Part shown: in pieces, positions 15,236 through 30,901 of the stretch | How the letters are laid out: every line of letters begins with the position of its first letter | Numbering within the stretch: the first letter of the stretch is position 1 | NCBI GenBank assembly: GCA_951406725.2 | Contig: OX597826.1 | Location: 75,578,001 to 75,642,000 of the forward strand | DNA length: 64,000 nt | DNA from: Octopus vulgaris | Lineage: Eukaryota | Reading direction: 5' to 3' | The notes under the pieces: model-generated | Seen by the model: the letters and a program-made list of their open reading frames with translations, nothing else | What the model was told of the DNA's origin: nothing | The model's database searches: none | Position numbers and translations under genes: made by a program

Positions 15236-15534
15236 TAGATATATATACACACACACACATACAAAGATAAATTGATAGATACAACTGATTGGGCAAACAA
15301 AAATATGAGACACAGCCTAGTCCTTTTTTTGTTGATAAGCCTGTTACTTATTGTATTAGTTTGTTCTTGTGAAACCAGTAAGATAAGTGGATGTAAATAT
15401 ATGAACAGCAGTTGTGAAGCAGTGATGAGGGCGAAACACAGACACAAAGACATACACACATACACTTACATATATACATACATATATATACGATTGATTT
15501 GTTTCAGTTCCTGTCTACGAAATCCATATATATA

Positions 15535-17777
15535 TTGTTGCTGGCATCCTTTTCGTCTCGGAAGACAATAGAGTTGTGCATAAAATAATCTAGTCCGGCT
15601 TTTATATTTCATGTCTTAATACATCTCCTGCTGTGGCTGCGTAGTCCTATCCTGGACAAACACTCACTCTGGCAGGTGTCGCAAATGTAGCGAAGACTTT
15701 GCCTGGCTGGTTGTAATGTCATACTTTCTTGTTGACGTCTTTTCTTGTCTTTCCATTTCTCCTCTCCTTCTATGTCATTCCTTTGTGTTCCCTCTTTTAC
15801 GGTACGTCGCCAATCTCCACAGTTGCTGGCAACTGCTTCCCAGTTGGTAATATTGATGTTGCAGGCATTCATGTCCCTTTTTCAAACATCCTTGTATCGT
15901 AAGAACGGTCTTCCCACAGACCTAGTGCCCCTAGCAAGCTCTCCGTAGAGTATGTCCTTGGAAATTCTGCCATCTTCCATACGGCTAACATGTCCAAGCC
16001 ATCTCCTCTTTGTGTGAGGAGTGCAAACATGCTTGGTATTCCTGCTTGCTTGAGGACATCTTTGTTGCGGACATGGTTCTGCCATTTGATGCGAAGGCTT
16101 TTCTGGAGGCAGAGCAGGTGAAAGATATTTAGGCGACGTATGGCGTCGTACGGCGTATGTATGGCGTCCAAGTCTCACTTCCATACAGTAGAGTGCTAAG
16201 TACACATGCCTGGTAAATCTTCATTTTCTGGTCTTGGTCAACTTATTGTTGTCCCATGCCCGTTTGGATAGTTGGGCCATCACAGCAGCTGCCTTGCCAA
16301 TGCGTATATTGAGCTCAGCATCAAGGGATAGGCTGTAGGTGACGGTAGAGCTAAGATAGGTAAACTTCTCCACCTCTTGTAGTCTGTGGTCTCCAATATG
16401 TATGTTTGGGATGTCCGATGCAGCCTGACCCATGATGTTGGTCTTCTTGAGGCTGATAACTAAGCCAAAGTCGCTACATGCTTGCTCAAAACTGTTGATG
16501 AGCCTTTGTAGGACTTCTTCTGTGTGTGATACCAGAGCGGCATCATTAGCAAATAGCACCTCCTTGATCAGGACGCTTCTAATTTTGGTCTTGAAACGCA
16601 GACGCGAGAGATTGAACAGTTTCCTGTCACTTCTACTGTGCAGAAACACTCCATCATCTCATGTCTGAAAGGCATGTGACAGCAGCAGCGAGAAAATGTC
16701 AAATAATGTAGGTGCAAAAGCACAACCTTGCTTTACCCCGTTTTTTTATTTGGAAGGCGGCTGATGTTAAACCATTGTGCTGTATGGTGCCTTGCATATC
16801 ATCATGGAAAGATTTGATGATCCTCAGCAGCTTTGGTGGACATCCGATTTTTGGAGCAGATGAAGAGGCCTTTTCTACTTACCAAGTCAAAGGCCTTTGT
16901 CAGATCAACGAAGGCGATATATAATGGCATTTTCTGCTCTCTGGACTTCTCCTGAAGTTGGCGTATGGAGAATATCATGTCAATAGCTGATCTGCTTCTT
17001 CTAAAGCCACACTGCGATTCTGGATAAATTCGAGAAGCAAGCAGCAGTAGCCTGGACAGGATAACGCGAGCAAAGGCCTTTCCAACAGTGCTTAGTAGAG
17101 TTATTCCACGGTAATTGTTACAATCACCACGGTCACCTTTGTTTTTGTAAAGCGTAATGATGTTGGCATCCCGCATATCCTGAGGGACTGTACCCTCTTC
17201 CCAGTACTGACACAGAAGCTCATGAAGGTGCCGAAGCAGGATGGTGTTTTTGCCTGTTTTGATGATTTCTAAGGGGATGCCGTCTTTTCCCAGAGCCTTG
17301 TTACTTGCTAGGGAGTCAATAGCCTTGGTGAGCTCTGCTATAGATGGCAGACTGTCAAGTTCACACATGACTGGCAAGAACTTGACACCCTCGATTGCAG
17401 CCTCAGCTACTGTGGTCTCCCGTGAGTAGAGATTCTGGTAGTACTCCACCCATCTATCCATTTGCTTGCTTTGGTCCTTGATGAGATCTCTTGGAGTGAT
17501 GGACTTTGTTAGGCAGAATCCTCACCCTGATTCTTATTAGTGAAAGATGTATGTCACAAACCGCACTGGGGTAACTACGGGTCAGTTGAACAGAATTCAG
17601 AAAGGATCTTCGTGTAATGATGAGATCCAGCTGATGCCAGTGGTGAGATATTGGATGTCTCCAAGATGCCTTGTGGGATGTCTTGTTGGTGAAGAATGTG
17701 TTAGTGATGCACACGTTATGGTATGTGCAAAATTCAAGTAGCCTTTGACCATTGTCATTCATGTTGCCAATACCAAA
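15535..17777 (-). mobile_element. RTE (BovB-like) LINE, 5'-truncated and frameshifted
   Basis: NDNGQRLLEFC..ITNTFF..HWHQLDLIITRR (end of APE domain), NYRGITLLS, ESQCGFR, FVDLTKAFD, LFANDAAL, C-terminal CDTCQSECLSRIGLRSHSRRC. CAA-type tail and a 79-bp flanking direct repeat. Confidence 0.92.
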
Positions 17778-17845
17778 ACACATACACTTACATATATACA
17801 TACATATATATACGATTGATTTGTTTCAGTCTCTGTATACGAAAT

Positions 17846-17900
<55 letters not shown>

Positions 17901-17914
17901 CACACACACATACA

Positions 17915-18305
17915 CACAAAGATAAATTGATAGATACAACTGAGTGGGCAAACACAATTATGAGACACTGCGTAGTGCTTTTTTATATTTTGATAAGCCT
18001 GATACTTATTCCATCAGTTTCTTCTTGTGAAACCAGTAAGTTATGGGGATGTAAATAACCGAACACCAGTTGTGAAGCAGTGATGAGGGAGAAACACAAA
18101 CACACACCATAGACTTACATATATATACATACATAAACATACAATTGATTTCTTTCAGTTTCTGTCTACAAAATCCACTGACGAGGCTTTGGTTGGTCTC
18201 AGGCTTTAGCAGAAGACACGTGCCAAGTCACCACACAGTGGGACTGAACTGAGGACCATGTGTTTTGGAACCAAGTTTGTTACCACACAGCCAAACCTGC
18301 ACCTA
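17915..18305 (-). mobile_element. SINE family B, degenerate
   Basis: Reverse complement of GGCTGTGTGGTAA..CACATGGTCCTCAGTTCAGTCCCACTGTGTGG. Its 3' part is duplicated at 15259-15525. Confidence 0.7.
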
Positions 18306-18503
18306 TGTATGTGTGTGGGGGGGTGTGTGGAGGTGTGTGTATGGGTGTATATATGTATGCATGTATTTATGTGTATAAATTACATGTACATCTATATACA
18401 TATACATCTAAACATACATGTATACATATACATGTATATCTATAGAAATACATCTATACATATAAATGTATACATATACAGCTATACATATACATCTATA
18501 TAT

Positions 18504-18560
<57 letters not shown>

Positions 18561-19089
18561 CATTAGGAAGGGCATCCAGCCGTAGAAACATTGCTAGATC
18601 AGACTGGGCCTGGTGCAGCCTTCTAGCTTCCCAGATCCCCGGTCGAACCGTCCAACCCATGCTAGCATGGAAAGCGGACGCTATATATATATATATATAT
18701 ATAAACGATGATATATATATATATAATCCATATATATATATATATATATATACATTATATATATATATAATATATATATATATATACATACACATACAAT
18801 ATTTCACTTTTAACACGTAATACTGAAATAGTGGAGAAGATATGATATTGCTATGGGCTCGCCCCAGGCAAGAAGTTAAACATTTTTTTGCCCATGACAC
18901 TACATGGGCCCTAAGTAAGGCATGTGTAAAATTTAATTGAAATCGGTTATGTAGTTCTCAAGTTTTAGGAAAACACACAGACAAACAGACAGACAGACAG
19001 ACACACATTCTCAGTTTTATATATAGAGAGATATCATATATATATATAATATATAATATAATATAATATATATATGTCTCTATATATAT

Positions 19090-20411
<1,322 letters not shown>

Positions 20412-22252
20412 GAGAGTAAATCCAAACTTACAGGGAAAAATTAGATTTATATATATATATATATAAAATCAACTGCATGTAAACAAACATTTTAAAAATA
20501 GCTAAAATAATAGAGACTTTACAATTTTGGTTTATTCAATAGCAAAGAGGCACGATTACTGATAAAATCAAAGACACAGTATTGAAAAACGAATTCTACA
20601 TTGAAAACTTTCCGTTGCTGCTTCAACGCAACAATGAAACACCGGGAAACACGATTTGTGCGTTCTAGGGTAAGATTCTACTCTCCCACAAACTCCTTAA
20701 ATCTCAACATTCAGCGGGAAAATACTCTAAGCTTTAAACACTGCAGTGATTCATGTCCTGTAGAAGCGTGTGTTTCTCATCCTGAAAACAATCCACCTAT
20801 TCTTTTATCTTGAACTAACGAAATCTATCTTGAACCAACGAAATAAATCTATCTTGAACTAAAGAAAGAGGCTTCCACATTGCCACTCGAACTGTAAGAA
20901 ATATTAATATATCTGCTTCAGATGATATTCGAAAGTCTTAGGAAAGGACACACTGGATAAGTTTGTCTTGTGCTCCTCAAAAACATTGGACAGGGATATA
21001 AAACTGGTTTGAAAATTACGAACATTCAGACACGGAGTATAAACGAAGAAGGTATCTGTCGATGTGAAACAGAAACGAACTGAAAAACCGGTAGTGAAGG
21101 GGGAATTTATATAAAAAGGACTTTCGTCAAATACAACTTGAATAGAGAAATATATATTATACGCGTTCAGTCAGTGCGAAGATTTCAAGAGCTAAAGGAG
21201 AGTAAGAAGAAGCAGGAGAGATCAGCCGGTGTGTGTGGCATGAAAGGGAGGGCGAGTGAGGGACGGAAGGAGAGAGTAGGGTAGAACTGGGAAATATTGT
21301 GAGAAGAGAGTAGTAAGATAAAGAAATAAATCCGTTACGAAGAAAAGTGTGATTGTGTATGCTGGAAATGATGACCAATTCCCTCTACACTGGCATTTAT
21401 TCATCAGAGGAGACAGGAAAAGAAGATTCAAAGAAATAAAGTTAAAATGAAGGATGTATAAAAAAGAGAGATGAACGTTTAAGAAGGAGTGGTGCAAAAT
21501 CGTGAACGAGACTGTTATAATGTAAGCACTTCGTAATATTGATTGACTTATGAAATAAAGCCTCGGGGAGGGGATGGAATCTTGGAATATTGGTGAAAAT
21601 AAAGAAAGGGTAGGAAGATTGTCGGTCAAAGAGAAAAGAAAGATAAATCAAAATATCAACTAGATGTCTATGAAATCATAGTTCAGAAAGAAACTTGGGA
21701 AAAAGAAAATAACTACAAGGTCACTGTTAAAACACCTTTATATTCGCTGGACAACAGGAATTTGTCACACTTGTATTCATGAATGCTTTCAGATCAGTTT
21801 TGTAAAACAAAGCTAAACATGAAACACTTTTATAGCAGGCTTCTTATTACAATATCCCAGAAGTCGATGACGACCAGAAACCCTAAAGTCTCCATATATC
21901 ACTCAATGTTATATATATACAAAATTTTAGCCAATCAGTACTCTTCATTTTTGTGCAGTTTGGACGATCTGATTATTAAATTCATAGATTGGGGTAAATT
22001 TTCAGAATTCGGAATTACATGACATTATTATCTGGATAAAATCCCAGTTTTTATTTCCTTACATGCTTTTTATTCTTCTCAGCTCAGATGAAACTGTCAT
22101 CTACAAACTTGACCAATTGTAGGGAAATAATATAAATGTAATAAATATTTAGTAAATATTTAAAACAACATCAGTTTTATATTGAATACCAGAACACCGC
22201 CCTCTTGTTTACGTTAAACTACTTGAAAGAGATTTTCCACGATAAACCGAAT

Positions 22253-22460
22253 CTACAGGTTATCCATATCTTCCAGTGTTTGAAGTAAACAAGCATCTTT
22301 CATTTCGGGAAGCAAAAGGATCAGCAATCCAGCAAGAATTCCGAAGACCCCATAGACACTGAGAGGTATCCAAGGACCATATACAGAGAGCCCAAGAATC
22401 AGTGGTGAAATGATGCCACCGAACCGAGCAAACGATGAAGCAGTTCCCATGCCACCGTTG
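22253..22460 (-). CDS. SLC22 transporter exon 9 (TM11-12, stop)
   Basis: tatatttcag|C AAC GGT; NGGMGTASSFARFGGIISPLILGL..LLPEMKDACLLQTLEDMDNL*. Confidence 0.93.
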
Positions 22461-22910
22461 CTGAAATATAAAAAGAAACGTAAGAACATATTTAACATTA
22501 ATATTGATTTCAAATTTTAGCACAAGGCCAGTAATTTCGGGAGAGGAGTTAAGTCGGTTACAACGACCCCAATGCTCAACTGGTACTTATTTCATCGACC
22601 CCGGAAGGATGAAAGGTAAAGTCGACCTCGGCAGAATTTGAACTCGGAACGTAAAGCATTTTGTGCGGCGTGCTAACGATTCTGCCAGGTCTGAATGTAA
22701 TCAAGCACTAAGCTGAATATAACATAACTACAATGAATATATAGGAAAATATTGCCAAAATATATTTTTAGCATTAATCCATATACATAACAATCTCTCT
22801 CTCTCTCTCTTTCTATATCTCTCCCTCTGTCTGTCTGTCTCTCTCTCTCTCTTTCTCTCTCTCTCTTTATATATATATATATATGTGTGTGTGTGTATGT
22901 GTGTGTGTGC

Positions 22911-22968
<58 letters not shown>

Positions 22969-22970
<2 letters not shown>

Positions 22971-23225
22971 TCTGCTTTCGTTGAGGTCTAGATCGTTCCA
23001 GCAGTTTTAAAAGTTAAATTTGTGTAGCGTTCCCTTCTCATTTAATCGCCATATATAACTGGCCAATGTTGTAACGTTGTGTCTGTCCGGGATCCTAAAA
23101 GTAGACCAGTGATTATCTAGCCTGATCTTAAAAGGAATCTCCGTTACTCCAATATATTTCAGTTTGTGTCCTTTCGTTGCTGCTGCTAGTTTTAAACACC
23201 ATTTCTGCTTTGATGACTGCTCAAA
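22969..23225 (-). mobile_element. PLE GIY-YIG fragment, copy 1
   Basis: KYIGVTEIPFKIRLDNHWSTFR..TTLASYIWRL; near-identical to 26003-26256. Confidence 0.75.
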
Positions 23226-23244
23226 ATTTATATATAAATATTTT

Positions 23245-23305
<61 letters not shown>

Positions 23306-23999
23306 ACATAATATATATATATTAATCGAAGTGTACCGTATTATATATCCATTGTTAGAGGTGATAGGACACATCCAGTTTATGGTTGCCGTGAAAGAAG
23401 ACGATGAAATTAACTGAGCATGGGTTACGTTAAGAGTTGTCTCTTGACACCAAAAAGAAAAGAAATAAAAAAGAATGAGAGAAAGGCCTCAGGAGTATTG
23501 CAAGGTTACAAGAGTTTCCTGAAAATGTGTGTATGGTTTAGAGGTTGATATTCTTGTAGGGTTGGAATGTATGCAATAGTACTAAATGTGTAGCTCTTGC
23601 GGGAGGCGGTGGAGTTCGGACGCCCAAAAGTTGCTTAAGTACCCGTGTGTTCATTTGTGTATGTTTTATGTTTTGTTTAAATTATTTGGAGTATTTGTCG
23701 ATATGGAGTGTGTATAGTGGTACTATATGCTTTGGGTTTATATTAAGGCTGGAGGAGGGTATTGAGTGGATGTCCGCCCGTGTTAGCGCATATGTCTGTG
23801 AGTACCTTTGTGTATATTTTAGTCAGACAGCCGGGTTCCCATTCATTGGTGGGAGCGAATGAAAATGCATAAAGATATGCGTGTGTAAGGTTTTTTGATA
23901 AAGAAATATATTGGGGAATAATTTTCTAGAAGAATTATTGAAGTTGAGCACAGTAACTACTCCGAAATCCTTCTCGAGATTATGAAGTACTACACCTAC

Positions 24000-24108
24000 C
24001 GTACTGCCGTTGGAAACAGTTCTGCTGATGTCAGATAAACTCCGTCAAATGATAGTGTCGTACCGAACTTCCCCAGAACAGCTAATAGCAGAGGAAACCA
24101 AAAGTTAC
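24000..24108 (-). CDS. SLC22 transporter exon 8 (109 nt)
   Basis: ttcttttcag|GT..CG|gtaggt; NFWFPLLLAVLGKFGTTLSFDGVYLTSAELFPTAVR. Confidence 0.93.
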
Positions 24109-24456
24109 CTGAAAAGAAATTTCATCAGGTGAAAATGTAAATATTTAACTTACGTAAGTTTTATATCACATTATATTCTTCTACAAAATAATTCCTTAAA
24201 CGGAAGAGCCAAATTAGATTGAAAATTAGTGAAAGCAATACCCGTGCATGCAGTAGTAGAATGATTAGGGTCTCCTAAGTTGGTAAGGAAATATTCGGCT
24301 ATCAACTGAATGGATGTTTGTTTGGTAGGATGGGATAAAGTCCGTGATCTCTGGATTTGTAGAAAGTGCAAAATCACAGATATACGAGCAGTATAATAAT
24401 GTGGTTTCGTATTTTAATCTTATAGGAAGGAAATCACTTGGAAGCATACATAGAAG

Positions 24457-24492
<36 letters not shown>

Positions 24493-24527
24493 TGTATGTA
24501 TGTATGTATGTATGTATACATACATAC

Positions 24528-24582
<55 letters not shown>

Positions 24583-25201
24583 CATATATAAAGTAATTAA
24601 GCGTTAATGTCCATTCACAGAGTGACCAATGGTTTCACGGCATCCACAAAGGCCTCAGCCTCGCAGACTCTAAAGGTGAAGACCTTTGGAATGGCAGTTA
24701 AATGTATTTCAAGTATTTAAGCAGGGTTTCCCATGCTTAAGTGTAAGTGACCAATGAACATCTAATCAGGTTTCCTGTATGTTCTGAACCTTCTTTTTAC
24801 AGTATTATATGCTTTAAAAGTATATTCAAAAATGTATCTTTGAAGGTTGACTTACGATTAAAAGATTTTTGCCAGCCATTTTGCACTGTGATTGTCATAA
24901 AATCATTAACACAAAATTATGCAGTTGCACCATAATTTTCTAGCATAACGTTGATCCGCATGAGACTTATGAAACAAATATTAAACAGATAACTTTCGAC
25001 TACTCGATACCACACAAGCACAGTAAAAATGGTCAGTTTTGACCATTCTTTTCAACTTCAAGAGGCTTGTGTAGTTACAAAAAAAGGTTTTAGAACCCTG
25101 TCTCTTTGTATACCTCATTTTGTAACTCACTGGCACCGCTCAAGACAGTGGTGCAGTCACAAAATAATTTGACCTTGAAAACAGGACACCCTGGTAATAT
25201 A

Positions 25202-25530
<329 letters not shown>

Positions 25531-26002
25531 ATGTATGTATATATATATGTATGTATATATCCGAGTAGTATATCTTCGTTTATGGCTCTAACCGGTCAGA
25601 AAGTTATCGTTAGTTTCGCCTCTACCATCACAGTGGGCAATATCGACCAGTCATCAGACATACTGGGCCGGGAGCACATAGCCTCTTCACTGATGGCGGT
25701 AATAGAAAGTCGTGATCAGTTAGGTGGTGCATAAAACCGAAAGTTAAGGCAACTCTTCTTCCCCTTTCTGAGAGGGAAAGAAGAGTTGTCTCCCCTTATA
25801 CGATTCCTGCTGTGGCTGAAGTAAGTCAATTTCGTTCTGCATACAACATTTCCGTTCTCCAACTCTCAAACGAAGCAAACCACGTCTCCGAAATTAATTT
25901 TGTGTCATGACGACAGTGGGTGAAAATTTCACATTTTTAATTCAAGGTTTCCGAATCCTGTGCATTTTTTAGGATCATTGCCTTCTCGGCCATGTTTTTC
26001 AC

Positions 26003-26256
26003 ATTCTGCTTTCGTTGAGGTCTAGATCGTTCCAGCAGTTTTAAAAATTAAATTTGTGTAGCGTTCCCTTCTCATTTAATCGCCATATATAACTGGCCAA
26101 TGTTGTAACGTTGTGTCTGTCCGGGATCCTAAAAGTAGACCAGTGATTATCTAGCCTGATCTTAAAAGGAATCTCCGTTACTCCAATATATTTCCGTTTG
26201 TGTCCTTTCGTTGCTGCTAGTTTTAAACACTACTTCTGCTTCGATGACTGCTCAAA
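26003..26256 (-). mobile_element. PLE GIY-YIG fragment, copy 2
   Basis: Direct repeat of 22969-23225 with the same end points. Confidence 0.75.
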
Positions 26257-27002
26257 CTTTCTTTTAGAGTGTGCTTTTCCCCCTACACAAACTCCTGTAC
26301 AAACATTCACACACGTATACTAGATGGAATATACAAATTAGATATGAAAATCCACCATACAAAACTACGATCATAAACTATATTCAGTGTCATTATATAT
26401 GCCGATAAGCTAAGGTAACGACCCTTGTGACTAAGAAAATATATGACAAGCTGAGATTTCTCCTTCATCGTATCTTATAGAAATAGTTTGGAAAAACAGA
26501 GATAGTTTTGTAACAATAGAAATTGTCACAAAATGAAGGAATTTTGGTAGTTGACAAGATATTTATAATTACATATATTCCCAATTTGCAGGACCACTTT
26601 GATTTCTCGGCCGATTATGAGTATTAGGATGGACTTGAGACGCCTTGACAAACGTTACCTATGTGTAAAAAATGAAACAAAGCGTCGCATAGTTTCAGTG
26701 GCATAACAATAAAATTGAATGACTAATATTTGTTCATACGTCTAAGTGTAAACATATGCACAATATAATGATTACATGGCTGCATTGATACTATTTTGGA
26801 GAAGAAAATAAATATAGAAATGTGTCCGAATAGAACAACGGGATATCAGCTCAGAGATTTCATTTCGATCATTGAACTTCGGGGTTAAAATATTAAAACC
26901 TTTCTGATAAAAATAATACATCAATAGGAGATGTTATACAGGATGCGTGAAAGTCGATGCTCAATCAACTGCTCCTGAAATTATCAGTAAGCCTTTCTTT
27001 TA

Positions 27003-27222
27003 CATCTTTGATCTATCGATCAGAGATTTGATCATAGGCACAAAATAGATCTTTCTTTTAAAGCTCTGATCTATCGATCAGAGATTTGATCATAGGCACA
27101 CACTTTAAAAGAAAACAGATCTTTCTTTTAAATCTCTGATCTATCGATCAGAGATTTGATCATAGGCACAGACCTTCGTTTTAAATTTCTAATCTATTGA
27201 TCAGAGATTTGATCATAGGCAC
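27003..27222. repeat. 4-copy palindromic minisatellite at the 5' junction of a family B SINE
   Basis: TCTGATCTATCGATCAGAGATTTGATCATAGGCACA x4, followed by a degenerate SINE B extending to ~27625. Confidence 0.85.
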
Positions 27223-28313
27223 AAACGTGGTTAAGAAGATTGCTTCCCAGTCTCAAGGCTCCAAGTTCAGTCCCACGACAGGACAACTTTGGCAAGAGTA
27301 TTTTAATATAGTCTCGAGCCGATCAAAACCTTGAGTGTGTATTTGATAGTCTGAAACTGAAAGAAGCTCATCATATATAGATGTGTGTGTATGTGTGCAT
27401 GGATTTGTTTTTGTTTGTATCCTCCACCGCCGCTTGACAACCGCAGTTGGTTTGTTTACGTCCCCGTAAACTAGCAGTTCGAAAAAAAAAGCGATCGATA
27501 GAATGAGTGCCAGGCTTTGAAAATTAAGTACTGGGTTCGCAATGTTCGACAAATACTCCTCAGCACGGTGCCCCGCATTGCATGGCTGCAGTCCAATGAT
27601 TGAAACATGTAAAAGATAAAGAAATGAAAGGATATTGAGACAATAAATTAGTGTTTCTTTTGTTAATGTCTTCTGTAATATACATCTTCAGGACATGGTA
27701 AATCAAATTACTATTGTAGAACAAATTTAAGAATATCAACCAAAGGTTTACTAATGGAAAGGCTCCAAGCAGAGGCAAATTTCCAATAAATTTCGTTCTG
27801 TTTGGGATTTTTAATTGTTTATTTTCCCCCGTGTAACTATTTTTTAAAATGTTCTCAGTCTTTATTATAATTTCCCTTCAAACCAACCAATTTTCAATGC
27901 CTCATTCTATTGTTTCATGACATTGTTTGAGATTCAGCTTATGAGCCTAAGATTGCATATGGCCGAACTCTGATCTCCGATAATTCGATACTCCTCTGTC
28001 TTTTTACTTCTGTCCCTGGGTGACTCACCCGGAATATAAGAAATCGATCAATTCTGCTTTATTCTTCTTCAAAGAAATTTGCTGCATTTCTTAATTTGTT
28101 TTCTTGTATTGCAATGATTGAAGCATACGACAATTGCCTGTATTTACATATATTTATACGCGCACACATATAGATATATACTTGTATACACATACACAAA
28201 AGTATGCATATATATATATTCATACATACATATACATACATGCATAAATACATACATACATACAAACATACATACATACATACATACACACATACATACA
28301 TATATATATATAC

Positions 28314-28345
<32 letters not shown>

Positions 28346-28374
28346 TCATACATATATGCATGTATGTATGTATG

Positions 28375-28441
<67 letters not shown>

Positions 28442-28878
28442 GTATATATATTATAATATATATATTATAGATATATATATATATATATGTATGTAAACAG
28501 TAAAAAATATATACAAACAGGGACAAGAACGTGAAACACCTAGAAGACGACACAAGAACCACGGGACGGGACATTCGAAGCCCTCAGTCATCAGTCAAGA
28601 ACCGGATCATCTTCGCAATTTCGGCTGATTAATCTTGAGATTGCTCCGACCTATATATACATTTCTTTACTGCCCACAAGGGGCTAAACATAGAGGGGAC
28701 AAACAAGGACAGACAAACGGATTAAGTCGATTACATCGACCCCAGTGCGAAACTGGTACTTTATTTATCGACCCCGAAAGGATGGAAGGCAAAGTCGACC
28801 TCGGCGGAATTTGAACTCAGAACGAAATACCGCTAAGCATTTCGCCCGGCATGCTAACGTTTCTGCCAGCTCGCCGCC

Positions 28879-28909
<31 letters not shown>

Positions 28910-28933
28910 ATACATACATGCATGCATGCATAC

Positions 28934-28964
<31 letters not shown>

Positions 28965-29695
28965 CAAAGAACCTGAGACAGACGCACAGACAAAAAGCCA
29001 CAAAAAGAGATTAAGAGATAAACAGGCAATTATTGCAATGTTCCTTTCTGGTTTAGTGGTTAGGGTGTTGCGTCCACGATCGCCAGAGTGAAACTCTTCA
29101 TTTCACACTTTTCCCGTCCACCCAGCTGTAAATGGGTCCTCGTGATGGTGACTCAGGAAAATCACCCGAACTGGGGGTCTCGTGAGCCATGCTTCGTATT
29201 CAGCGACCGAATGGATGAACAGTGCCACCCGTGCTGTGAATCCCGACTCGTTTCGATTGGTTATTCAACCACATTGAAGGTGATGACGATAAGTGAACTA
29301 ATTTTACAAGCGCTCACGAGTCAAAAGATCATATTGTTTTGTTATGGTGAAAGTTACTAGAAATTACTCAAAGACGGAAAAAAGGAAGTAATTTTTACAT
29401 ATATTTGTTGGAATGGTCCCGTTTAGATTTTCTGTCCGTAAATCGAATATCATACTGTAACGGAACACATGAAAAAGTAATTAGTTCCGTATGTTAATAT
29501 TATTAATTTCCTTTTGTACGTAAACGGTAATATATATATATATAATTTTAATTGTCCATCAATTTAGGATGTTATTCAAAATAAACTAGGAAAGAACTAT
29601 GAAATTATTTTAGAGTACGGGCTTCATTTGTATGCTTATCATTTATCTAATTAACAATAAAGGAATAATAATACCTGAGTGTAACAAAATTTTAC

Positions 29696-29910
29696 CTTTT
29701 GGCACAAAGTTTGAGACAATACAGTTAATTCCGCCAAAAACCATGAAGAAACAAAGCGGTTTACGATGTCCAAACCATTTGAAGCTTATACATCCAATAA
29801 TGTTCGCTGGAATTTCTACTGCTGACATCATGAAGAAATTTATATAGCGATTGCCAGACATATCAACAGAATTTAGTGTCACGCCGTAGTAAAGCATACT
29901 GTTGACCAAC
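29696..29910 (-). CDS. SLC22 transporter exon 7 (215 nt)
   Basis: tttgttatag|G TTG..AAA G|gtaaaa; LVNSMLYYGVTLNSVDMSGNRYINFFMMSAVEIPANIIG..FGHRKPL. Confidence 0.95.
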
Positions 29911-30071
29911 CTATAACAAAAATAGTAAGATTGAAAAATAAGTTCGTAAACTAATCTCAATAGATTGCTCAATAATTTAATATAAAGAAAGTACTCAATA
30001 AGCTAACTTGTCGTGTAGATACAGCTGTAGATATCCTTTACAAAATTACCACAAATGTTAGTATAAAATAT

Positions 30072-30286
30072 CTTTTATCTTTTACTTGTTTCAGTTATTA
30101 GACTGTGGCTATGCTGGAGCACCACCTTGAGGAATTTTTAGACGAGCGAATCAACACCAGCGCTTTTTATTTTAAGCCTGACGTTTGTTCTATCAGTCTC
30201 TTTTGCCGAACCGCTAAGTTACGGGGATGTACACATACCAACACACGTTGTCAAACGGTGTAGTGTGAAGACAAACACACATAAAG

Positions 30287-30325
<39 letters not shown>

Positions 30326-30558
30326 CACACACACACACACTCACTCACACACTCACTCACTCACTCACTCACACACACACACACACACACACACACGCAT
30401 ATATAAGATGGGATTCTTTCAGTTTCCATCTACCAAATATACTCACAAGGTTTTGTTCGGACCGAAGACATTGCCACAAAGTGTCACGCAGTGGGACTGA
30501 ACCCAGAATCATGTGACTGGAAAGCAAACTTCTTACCACACAGCTACACCCGTGCCTG
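30072..30558 (-). mobile_element. SINE family B with internal (CA)n
   Basis: Head and tail (TGACTGAAACAAGTAAAAGA-like) match the copy at 41220. Confidence 0.8.
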
Positions 30559-30631
30559 TGTTTGATAATATTTGAATATCTTGGTATTTACTATTTTTTA
30601 TATCTAATAGTGAGCATGATAAAATATTTAC

Positions 30632-30901
30632 CAATTAAACCAAATATTCGTTGTAATCATCGCTCTTCGAGGTTTTCTTAATAAATCAATTGCTGTGTAG
30701 TTTGTATTTTCCGGATTCGTATTTCCTTCAACTTCTTCCTCAAATTTGGATTTCCGTTCCGTTTCTCTTTGAAGTTTCCATATAAGTTTTCCCACATTCT
30801 GATTGTGTCTTTTATTCGTTCTTGCTATCCTGTTAACGGACTTTTCAGCTGCTGCAAATTTCCCTTGAATAAGAAGCCATCTAGGCGATTCAGGAATATA
30901 T
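30632..30901 (-). CDS. SLC22 transporter exon 6 (270 nt, central cytoplasmic loop)
   Basis: tacttgacag|A TAT ATT..AAT TG|gtaaat; YIPESPRWLLIQGKFAAAEK..YTAIDLLRKPRRAMITTNIWFNW. Absent from the ORF track. Confidence 0.95.

Larger units (their letters stand above)
13816..19031 (-). mobile_element. Non-autonomous Helitron with nested SINE/RTE insertions
   Basis: On the minus strand the 5' end A|TCTCTCTATATATAAAACTG.. at 19031 is followed by (TGTC)n. The 3' end CACGGGCAACGCCGGG (hairpin) ..CTAG|T is at 13816. Pairing the two ends as one element is inference. Confidence 0.65.

Noticed and set aside
20950-21660. Purine-rich stretch as a gene exon or RT fragment
   Set aside because: It may be a very old PLE, but no motif was clear enough to call.
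28560-28600. Minus-strand CTGATGA as a hammerhead
   Set aside because: No GAAA at the expected position and no stem I partner.
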